34,705 nt of DNA, from IMG/VR virus record IMGVR_UViG_3300042972_000004, positions 1-34,705 of that record; one strand, given 5' to 3'. Position numbers and translations under genes: made by a program. Source of the DNA: a virus. Taxonomy: Duplodnaviria > Caudoviricetes. This document shows, in pieces, positions 28,490-34,626 of the stretch (positions are counted from its first letter, which is position 1; each line of letters begins with the position of its first letter). The notes under the pieces are model-generated. The model made no database searches. It was given only the letters and a program-made list of their open reading frames with translations, and was not told the origin of the DNA.

Positions 28490-29623
28490 ATGAAAAGACA
28501 TAAATTAGCCGCCGTCAGCGCAGGCCTCATGCTCGGAGCCGCCCTGGCTGTAGGGCTACCGACCTCAGCGGCGGCCTACACGCAGTACAAAGACATCGTC
28601 TCCACCGGGCACGGCTCACTTGACGCAAGCTATCTCGTGATACACGACACCGACGACTACGGGGCCACCGCCTCTCAGCTCATGAGCTACTGGAGGTCTG
28701 GCAACACGCCCTACGTCGTGCACTACACGATGGATGTAGATGGCTCTGTGGTCTATCAGGCGATGGAAGAGGATCGCAAGGCTTGGCAGGTGGGCTACGG
28801 CAACCCTTACGTAATCGGCATCGAGCTCTGCTATGCCACCAATCAGGCTGACTTCGATGCCCAATGGGAGGCGGCCACTCAGTGGGCGGCCGACTTCCTC
28901 AAGTCCCACGGCTGGGGCATCGACCGCATGATCTCGCACCACATGGCATCTGAGCGCTGGGGTGGGTCTGACCACACCGACCCCGACGGCTACTTCGAGA
29001 CCTATGGCAAGAGTTGGGGCGAGTTCGTCTCTGATGTGTCGGCCAAGCTCGGCAGCAGTACAGGTATTGCCACGTCTGATACCTCTACCGCTGAGGTGGC
29101 TGCACCTGCCACGGCGTACACCAACGGCGGCAGCGGTACAACGCTTAGATTTGACGGCGGGACCTACACCTGTACGGTCGACGCGCTCAACATTCGCACG
29201 TCGCCGGGCGGTACAATCGTCGGGCAATACACCAAAGGACAGACGGTCGATCTCGATAGCTACTGCATCAAGCAGGACGGCTATATCTGGGGCAAGTACA
29301 CCGCCTACTCTGGCAATGTGCGCTACGTCTGCGTAGGTCGTGCGACTGGCGGCGTTGCTTCAGATGACTACCTTGTCAAGGCTGATGCTACCTCTACGTC
29401 CGCTACATCAGACACATACAGCGCAGGCACCTACCGCTTTACGTCGGCTACCAACATCCACACCGGAGCCGGTACCGAATACTCTCGCGTTGGTACCTAC
29501 AGCGCAGGCGCTACCGTTAACATCGACTCAGTAGTATGGTCTGGCGGTCGTCCGTGGGGCAGGTACACATCCTACAGCGGGCATACGCGCTATGTATGCC
29601 TATCATGGGCCGATCAGGCCTAG
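28490..29623 (+). CDS. Endolysin: N-acetylmuramoyl-L-alanine amidase (Amidase_2) with signal peptide and two SH3-like domains
   Basis: VIHDT, VHY, IGIELC, SHH and HTDP Zn-amidase motifs; two LNIR/TNIH...WG.YT.YSG..RYVC modules; N-terminal MKRHK-hydrophobic-AAA signal. Confidence 0.9.
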   Translation: MKRHKLAAVSAGLMLGAALAVGLPTSAAAYTQYKDIVSTGHGSLDASYLVIHDTDDYGATASQLMSYWRSGNTPYVVHYTMDVDGSVVYQAMEEDRKAWQVGYGNPYVIGIELCYATNQADFDAQWEAATQWAADFLKSHGWGIDRMISHHMASERWGGSDHTDPDGYFETYGKSWGEFVSDVSAKLGSSTGIATSDTSTAEVAAPATAYTNGGSGTTLRFDGGTYTCTVDALNIRTSPGGTIVGQYTKGQTVDLDSYCIKQDGYIWGKYTAYSGNVRYVCVGRATGGVASDDYLVKADATSTSATSDTYSAGTYRFTSATNIHTGAGTEYSRVGTYSAGATVNIDSVVWSGGRPWGRYTSYSGHTRYVCLSWADQA

Positions 29624-29679
29624 CCATGGCCCGCATCTGCCGGGTATACCTCAGCGGCGGAACAATCGAGTAAATACAA

Positions 29680-29708
29680 CCCCCCGGCTTAGGCCGGGGG
29701 GCTTTTTT
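29680..29708 (+). terminator. Rho-independent terminator ending the late operon
   Basis: CCCCCCGGC-TTAG-GCCGGGGGG followed by CTTTTTT. Confidence 0.85.
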
Positions 29709-29797
29709 ATTAGCTACATTTTCGGGGGCCCTAAAGTCGTTTTTCGGGGGCCTCATTTCTCAACCTTCCTGACCTGGCTCTTCTCATACCAAAGACC

Positions 29798-29868
29798 CCC
29801 AGTTAAATGGCTTGTTGTAAGGCGATTTAAGGCCCGCAAAATGAGCAAGTGGGCTAGTAGTCGCGGGA
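29798..29868. repeat. 71-bp imperfect direct repeat, copy 1
   Basis: CCCAGTTAAATGGCTTGTTGTAAG-N8-AGGCCCG-N12-GTGGGCTAGTAGTCGCGGGA; matches 30730-30800 block for block. Confidence 0.9.
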
Positions 29869-30282
29869 ATCCTCGTTTTCGTCCGGGACAATCCGGACAT
29901 GGTATCCTCTGCGCTCAAGCTCGTGTGCGACAAGTCGAGCATTGGCTCGTGCCATGTCGTCGTGGATGTGATAGGGAATTGCGATCGTGTCAGGCTTGAC
30001 GCCACGCTCGGAAGTAGTACTTAAAACTTTGCGAACTGCGAACCCACAGGTTTCGAGCTGTCGGGCGCGCGCCTGCTCAAGCGTCTCCCATGCATCATCT
30101 GGGATGTATGCCCCCGGAGTCTCCCATCGCCGCACAGTTCGAGGGTTGACGGCTACTCTATGGGCAAGACCAGTCTGTGACATACCGACAATTTCACGTA
30201 ATTCTTTGAATCTGGCGTAGTTGCGCAAGGGCGCTTGGCTCTGTGCCGCGTCAAGCGCCGACTCTCCCGTGCTCTCAGGCAT
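29854..30282 (-). CDS. XRE-type HTH regulator, Aca2/YdiL (DUF1870)-like
   Basis: FKELREIVGMSQTGLAHRVAVNPRTVRRWE HTH followed by IPDDAW and a C-terminal helix (ANARLVAHELERRG). The HTH is clear; the Aca2-like family call is from remembered similarity. Confidence 0.7.
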   Translation of the reverse strand: MPESTGESALDAAQSQAPLRNYARFKELREIVGMSQTGLAHRVAVNPRTVRRWETPGAYIPDDAWETLEQARARQLETCGFAVRKVLSTTSERGVKPDTIAIPYHIHDDMARANARLVAHELERRGYHVRIVPDENEDSRDY

Positions 30283-30322
30283 TGTCTCTTCTCTCTCCGG
30301 GTTTTCGCTTACAGCAATTTTT

Positions 30323-30586
30323 CTATTTATCGTAAATTTTTTTCACATTGTTTAAGTCGTCTACCAGTATTTTTTCGTCAGACGCTCCGACTTTTACGAA
30401 ATCGGCGACATGCGTCCATGGCGCCATGTTGCGCCATATGTAGCGAGAGTACGCTCTCAGATTATAATGTCTGCCGCATAGATCGAATTCGACCCTGTAA
30501 GATGCCCTAATGTCTACCGGAGCGCAGCTATACAATGCCGTGTTAGAATAATCTTTCGAAGCGTCCCATGCCATTTTCTTAGTCAT
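30323..30586 (-). CDS. Small hypothetical protein (87 aa), candidate anti-defence/anti-CRISPR protein
   Basis: ATG at 30586 behind GAAAGGGTGA; first gene of a two-gene operon with the HTH gene. Function inferred from context only. Confidence 0.6.
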   Translation of the reverse strand: MTKKMAWDASKDYSNTALYSCAPVDIRASYRVEFDLCGRHYNLRAYSRYIWRNMAPWTHVADFVKVGASDEKILVDDLNNVKKIYDK

Positions 30587-30641
30587 TTCGCTCACCCTTT
30601 CCGGTGGTCGAGGACCTTGTGCCCTCGTTTCGACTAGACAC

Positions 30642-30671
30642 ATCATAGCACAATGCCCTAATCTAGGACAT
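30642..30671 (-). promoter_or_regulatory. Extended -10 promoter with overlapping inverted-repeat operator
   Basis: Minus strand ATGTCCTA-GAT-TAGGGCAT (inverted repeat, 1 mismatch) then TGTGC-TATGAT. Confidence 0.6.
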
Positions 30672-30729
30672 GAGAATTTATAATAATTGTGAGCGGTAGA
30701 ATTTTAGCGGTAAAGTGCTGCTACAAAAT

Positions 30730-30800
30730 CCCAGTTAAACGGCTTGTTGTAAGCCCAATAGAGGCCCGGTCTCAACCCATGTGGGCTAGTAGTCGCGGGA
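30730..30800. repeat. 71-bp imperfect direct repeat, copy 2
   Basis: CCCAGTTAAACGGCTTGTTGTAAG-N8-AGGCCCG-N12-GTGGGCTAGTAGTCGCGGGA. Confidence 0.9.
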
Positions 30801-30969
30801 TATCGCAAAACCGAAGAGGGTAAGACGGGCGCAAACGTAGTCGATAGGCAGAAGAAGGAATGACTGCCGACTAAGCCGCCTAATCTACTACCACAGCTGC
30901 TTTGGGCCAAGAGTATATTATGCCGCATGGTTTAGCTGGAAGCCTACGCGGAGGTCCTATAAATGAGAG

Positions 30970-31533
30970 TCATTCTGAGAGTGCCATATTTTTTATGACG
31001 TTTCCGATTTTCGTATTGCAGTCAATGGTGATGCGCAGTCTCTCTTTAGTGTCTACTTTCTCAAGCGTGATAGCCGCCGGTGAGCTCACCTCAACCTCTT
31101 CGTCATATGACACTGAGTGTTCATGCGTTTTCCCTTTTGACTTTTTGTTACCGGTACCAACACCTGCACCGATAGCAGTACCTATACCAGGCGCGAGCAT
31201 GGTTCCAACCGCGGCACCGAGCAACCTCCCAGTACGCTTTGATCTCCCGCGGGTCGTTCCTTTGGTGTCTGTATGGGTAATAGTCTTATAGCTCGGTCCA
31301 TCCCACTCAAAATCAATGAGTTTATAAAATACATCGGGCTCTTTATCAAAATAAATGAGTCCATCTGCTTGTTGGCGCATCGTTGTTCTGCCTAGAGTAG
31401 TCGGGACGAACTTCTTACCTGATGTAACATGAATACCTGTAGAGAGTTCTTGCTTATGCTTTTTGCGCAAGGCTGCCTTTTTACTGGTTTTTGCCTTACT
31501 GCCTTCAGTTGCAGATTTAAAATGGTCCCCCAT
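30970..31533 (-). CDS. Basic accessory protein with a glycine-zipper hydrophobic segment
   Basis: LLGAAVGTMLAPGIGTAIGAGVG; AT-rich gene directly downstream of the integrase; SD GAAGGGA. Confidence 0.75.
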   Translation of the reverse strand: MGDHFKSATEGSKAKTSKKAALRKKHKQELSTGIHVTSGKKFVPTTLGRTTMRQQADGLIYFDKEPDVFYKLIDFEWDGPSYKTITHTDTKGTTRGRSKRTGRLLGAAVGTMLAPGIGTAIGAGVGTGNKKSKGKTHEHSVSYDEEVEVSSPAAITLEKVDTKERLRITIDCNTKIGNVIKNMALSE

Positions 31534-31599
31534 TATTTATCCCTTCAATGTTTTTTAGCAGCTATCTGAACTTAATATCAACATAGTAGACATTTACGC

Positions 31600-32739
31600 T
31601 TATATCGCCTTGTCAATTACAGCAGCGGCACGTTTTTTCGCATCGGGGTCCGCGCTCGCGTATACGTTGAGCGTCATAGCAGCGTTAGCATGCCCGAGGA
31701 TTGAGCTCACGGTCTTAACGTCGACTCCTGCAGCGATAGCAGCTGTCGCAAAGGTATGTCGGAGATCGTGAAAGGTGCAGATACGGCCTTCGGTGCCAAT
31801 CAATGACATACCCTTGCTCAGTGCGTGCCAGTTACGGCTTAGGATCGTCGGGTTGAGATAGTCCCCGTAGATTGACCCTACGACGTAGAAGCTAGGTTCC
31901 CACCTCACCCCGTGGTTCGATGCGTCCTTCTGCTGTGACGTCTTCCACACTTGGAGATGAGACGATAAGGCATCACCAAGTGGGATATCCCTGACATGCC
32001 CCGTCTTAGGCTCCTTGACGTATGTCCCGTGCGTGCTGTGGCCCACGGAGCGGCGTATCCACAACTGCGAGAATCCAGCATCCACATCCTCCCATCTCAG
32101 GCCGCATACCTCGCCCTCGCGCATGCCACCATATGTGGCGAGTCTTACGGCCACCGTCAGGGCTGAGTCTCCCATTCCATCGATGGTGGCGATGAGACGT
32201 GCCCTCTCGCGCACGTCAAGCGCATTAGGGCGTGCTGACGGTCGCTTAGGTGGTTTCACTGCGGAAACTGGGTTGGATTCAAGGTCGCCCACCTCTACCG
32301 CATGGAAGCATATCTCTTTGAGCAGACGGTGCGCCTTGCCCACGCTGGCAGGGGAGAGTCCGGATTGCAGAAGCTGGGCTTCTCCACGCTGCACCACTTG
32401 CGTCGTGACATCATCGAGGTACATGTCTTTGAGCATGGTACGAATCATTCTCATTGTGTGCCGATAGTCAAGGACTGTGGACGGTTCGACCATCCGAGAT
32501 GATTCCAGATGGTCGATGAACTCGCTAGCATATTCGACGGCTATTCTTCCGCTTTGTACCTTTTCGTCCTCGGTGGATTCCATCTCGGAACGCCATTCGG
32601 AAAGCTCTCTTTTTGCCGCTGTCTTTGTCGCAGAGTCAAGCATCTTGGTCTTGTGCCGCCACGTCTTGTCATCTTTCCAAGTGAGGATTCCTTGGAACCT
32701 TTTCCCACGCTTGGCTAGGTAGGCAGACTGATATTTCAT
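31600..32739 (-). CDS. int: Tyrosine integrase
   Basis: GMREGEVCGLRW, FHDLRHT, LGHA and TLNVY catalytic motifs; start moved to ATG 32739 (MKYQ) behind SD GGGAGG. Confidence 0.95.
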   Translation of the reverse strand: MKYQSAYLAKRGKRFQGILTWKDDKTWRHKTKMLDSATKTAAKRELSEWRSEMESTEDEKVQSGRIAVEYASEFIDHLESSRMVEPSTVLDYRHTMRMIRTMLKDMYLDDVTTQVVQRGEAQLLQSGLSPASVGKAHRLLKEICFHAVEVGDLESNPVSAVKPPKRPSARPNALDVRERARLIATIDGMGDSALTVAVRLATYGGMREGEVCGLRWEDVDAGFSQLWIRRSVGHSTHGTYVKEPKTGHVRDIPLGDALSSHLQVWKTSQQKDASNHGVRWEPSFYVVGSIYGDYLNPTILSRNWHALSKGMSLIGTEGRICTFHDLRHTFATAAIAAGVDVKTVSSILGHANAAMTLNVYASADPDAKKRAAAVIDKAI

Positions 32740-32752
32740 CGACGTTCCTCCC

Positions 32753-32785
32753 ATGCACAAAACCATGCACAAAGAAATGCACAAA
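32753..32785 (+). repeat. attP arm-type integrase sites, left set
   Basis: ATGCACAAA three times at 32753, 32765 and 32777 (12-bp period). Confidence 0.8.
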
Positions 32786-32913
32786 ATCTGGCTGGTTCCA
32801 TGAAACACGCTAACTGCGCTTACTTTTTGTTGCTACTTATTTATAGCTCTTGTACTGCGTGAATGCAACAAATTAGTTATCGTGGAATCACGAGAGATTG
32901 CATAATGTGCGGC

Positions 32914-32958
32914 CTGAAAATCCCCGTGTCAGGGGTTCGATTCCCTTCCCCGCCACCA
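32914..32958 (+). other. attP core: 3' half of a tRNA-Phe(GAA) gene
   Basis: CTGAAAA anticodon loop, TCCCC, GTGTC, T-arm AGGGG-TTCGATT-CCCTT, acceptor strand CCCCGCC-A-CCA. The 5' half of the tRNA is absent. Confidence 0.88.
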
Positions 32959-32966
32959 GAAAATAC

Positions 32967-33003
32967 GAGGTCAGGACATACAAAGTCCTGACCTCTTTCT
33001 TTT
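32967..33003 (+). terminator. Terminator for the reconstituted tRNA after integration (may also stop the convergent repressor transcript)
   Basis: 11-bp stem GAGGTCAGGAC/GTCCTGACCTC followed by TTTCTTTT. Confidence 0.8.
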
Positions 33004-33035
33004 ATGCACAAAGGCTTGCACAAACCATGCACAAA
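33004..33035 (+). repeat. attP arm-type integrase sites, right set
   Basis: ATGCACAAA (33004), TTGCACAAA (33016) and ATGCACAAA (33027). Confidence 0.8.
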
Positions 33036-33101
33036 ATAGTAAAAATAATCACCATTAGCCGAAGCTTTGAGATCCAAGAATATATTTATAGGTCTATAGA
33101 A

Positions 33102-33317
33102 CTAATGTTCTGTTGTGTCATAAATGGCGGCAAAATCGCTGAGCGACATGCCAAGGGCGTCACATATCTCTTTCGCACGGGAGAACTTGGGGTCAACAAT
33201 GGTTCCATTGAGCAACATGGTCACATATGCGCTTGAGAAGCCACCACGTGTTTCGAACTCCTGGCGAGTCATGCCATTGACTGCCAGTGCTTTTACAACT
33301 GCTTCTGAAAAACTCAT
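33102..33317 (-). CDS. Immunity repressor, CI-like (short XRE HTH)
   Basis: 71 aa HTH (MTRQEF...SSAYVTML...DPKFSRAKEICDALGMS), divergent from a Cro-like gene; SD GGAG. Confidence 0.78.
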   Translation of the reverse strand: MSFSEAVVKALAVNGMTRQEFETRGGFSSAYVTMLLNGTIVDPKFSRAKEICDALGMSLSDFAAIYDTTEH

Positions 33318-33344
33318 GGGATCATCTCCATGATCTAACTCTTA

Positions 33345-33447
33345 ATAAGGGCATTTAGATTAAGCCTACTTAGCATTTTTTGCAACTTTTTTGTTGACAG
33401 AACAGCTAAGCGCGCTTAGCATACTTATTGAGCTAAGGCGGCTTAGC
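33345..33447. promoter_or_regulatory. Genetic switch: four operator palindromes and a rightward promoter
   Basis: GCTAAG-CGCG-CTTAGC (33405-33420), GCTAAG-GCGG-CTTAGC (33432-33447), TTAAG-CCTA-CTTAG (33360-33373) and ATAAG-GGCA-TTTAG (33345-33358). Promoter TTGACA (33394)-N17-TAGCAT (33417). Confidence 0.82.
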
Positions 33448-33461
33448 GAAAGGGGGGTCAA

Positions 33462-33680
33462 ATGGAAACACTCGAAGGCCGTGTTGGTGCCTACCTTGCC
33501 CAAAATCATGTGAAGAAGCATGAGCTCGCTGACGAGATGGGTGTATCAGTTGTCACACTTAGTCGTAAAACGAGCGGACGCACCGAATTACTTTTTAGCG
33601 AAGCCAGGAAGCTCTCAGAAATTCTTGGCATTGACTTAGACGAGTTGTATTCACTTACAACTCATGATCGAGCACGTTAA
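33462..33680 (+). CDS. Cro-like HTH regulator
   Basis: ELADEMGVSVVTLSRKTSG...EARKLSEILG HTH; first gene of the early rightward operon. Confidence 0.85.
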   Translation: METLEGRVGAYLAQNHVKKHELADEMGVSVVTLSRKTSGRTELLFSEARKLSEILGIDLDELYSLTTHDRAR

Positions 33681-33746
33681 GTCAGCCCTCATATTTGATG
33701 AGCTTATGGGCGTACAGACAAAACCAAAACTCATTGACTAAGTACC

Positions 33747-33764
33747 ACCCCCGATGCGTCGGGG
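33747..33764. repeat. 18-bp palindromic repeat, copy 1
   Basis: ACCCCCGATGCGTCGGGG (stem CCCCGA/TCGGGG); identical copy at 34167-34184. Confidence 0.9.
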
Positions 33765-33818
33765 CTGAACAGTCAGATAGGCAACGTGGACACGAACGCA
33801 ACAAGAAGGGAGGTTCAC

Positions 33819-33998
33819 ATGAGCAAGAAGGTAGCAAACATCACTTTGCATCCTGTCATCAAGAACAAGGAAGACATCATTCGTCACATCTCCGAGATAT
33901 TCAACAACGCCGTGGCGCAGATTGACAACCTCGATATCGATGTGGAGGTTCTCACCGAACCTGCGGACGCATCTCAAGACCGCACGAAGGACAGATAA
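33819..33998 (+). CDS. Small acidic hypothetical protein A1 (59 aa)
   Basis: SD GGGAGG, ATG 33819 (MSKKVANITLHPVIK...); overlaps the convergent gene by 47 bp. Confidence 0.7.
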   Translation: MSKKVANITLHPVIKNKEDIIRHISEIFNNAVAQIDNLDIDVEVLTEPADASQDRTKDR

Positions 33999-34104
33999 AT
34001 TGCGGGCATGTGTACTCTATATCCTCTTGTGCCAGATTCACCTTCTTTAACAGTTCATCCGTTCTCTGTGGATTCACAACAAGTCTGACTTTTGACTTAG
34101 GCAT
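33952..34104 (-). CDS. Zn-ribbon-like protein B1 (50 aa), internally deleted paralog of 34376..34582
   Basis: SD GGAG, ATG 34104. IEYTCPQ-FICPSCG aligns with VEYKCPGC...NICPKCG but lacks 11 codons, including one Cys. Confidence 0.6.
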   Translation of the reverse strand: MPKSKVRLVVNPQRTDELLKKVNLAQEDIEYTCPQFICPSCGLEMRPQVR

Positions 34105-34166
34105 ACGCATCAACTCCAACGAATAGCGCCGCGTCATGCCCACGCCACCCACTTACGAATCGTAAT

Positions 34167-34184
34167 ACCCCCGATGCGTCGGGG
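34167..34184. repeat. 18-bp palindromic repeat, copy 2
   Basis: ACCCCCGATGCGTCGGGG, identical to 33747-33764. Confidence 0.9.
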
Positions 34185-34231
34185 TCCCTTGACAACCGAA
34201 TGAGACGCAATGGGAACTAGGAGCTGATCTA

Positions 34232-34422
34232 ATGAACAAAGCCGTAGCAAAACATTTATCGAGGTCAATCCTGAGATACATGGCCTTGATTAGATGCGAG
34301 AACTCGTAAGTAAAGCGGACTCACTCTTTGATGAGCTTGAACAGGCGCTCCAAAAGATCGAGGACGCTGAGGTGACTATTTCAGCTGTCCCTTCTCCACG
34401 TGAATATGAAAGCCGCACTTAG
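34232..34422 (+). pseudogene. Disrupted paralog A2 of 33819..33998
   Basis: SD AGGAG and MNKAVAK, then a frameshift in the A-run at 34249-34252 to TFIEVNPEIHGLD, an in-frame TAG at 34291, and MRELVSKADSLFDELEQALQKIEDAEVTISAVP...SRT*. Pattern parallels A1. Confidence 0.55.
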
Positions 34423-34582
34423 GACAGATATTGTCACCACTCTTGATGGTGATCTTCGTGCCGCAGCCTGGGCACTTGTACTCGACGCCCTTGGTATCCA
34501 CGACTTGGTCGAAAGCACTCTGCAATGTGCGATTCAAGGCATCTTTATTGATCTTAACTTTAACTTTGACCTTGTTAGACAT
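34376..34582 (-). CDS. Zn-ribbon protein B2 (68 aa, two CxxC)
   Basis: CPGC...CPKC; SD AAGAGG; antisense to the early operon. Confidence 0.75.
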   Translation of the reverse strand: MSNKVKVKVKINKDALNRTLQSAFDQVVDTKGVEYKCPGCGTKITIKSGDNICPKCGFHIHVEKGQLK

Positions 34583-34626
34583 AAGTGCCTCTTTTCACCC
34601 ACTGCGCCTCATTCGATTGTCAAGGA

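Noticed and set aside
29798-30800. CRISPR mini-array or solitary CRISPR repeat (Racr)
   Set aside because: There are only two copies, 932 bp apart, and I do not recognise a known CRISPR repeat consensus. A repeat-database search would be needed to exclude it fully.
30901-30928. dif/Xer site (GTATA-TTATG core)
   Set aside because: Only the centre resembles dif. The XerD arm (TTATGCCGCAT versus TTATGTTAAAT) and the XerC arm match poorly.
32880-32958. Complete tRNA-Phe gene
   Set aside because: Only the anticodon loop through CCA is present. The upstream sequence cannot form the D-arm, the 5' anticodon stem or the 5' acceptor strand, so it is an attP core.
32914-33317. Integration-dependent immunity (attP inside the repressor gene)
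   Set aside because: The repressor stop at 33102 is about 140 bp from the core, so integration would not truncate it, and no ssrA-like tail is visible.
33695-33925. 76-aa ORF after cro
   Set aside because: It has no SD, runs across the palindrome and inverted-repeat arm, and overlaps the better-supported A1 gene out of frame.
34189-34217. Sigma-70 promoters at the TTGACA hexamers in the unit 2 inverted-repeat arms
   Set aside because: No -10-like hexamer lies 16-18 bp downstream in either copy (GGGAAC, GGGTGA).
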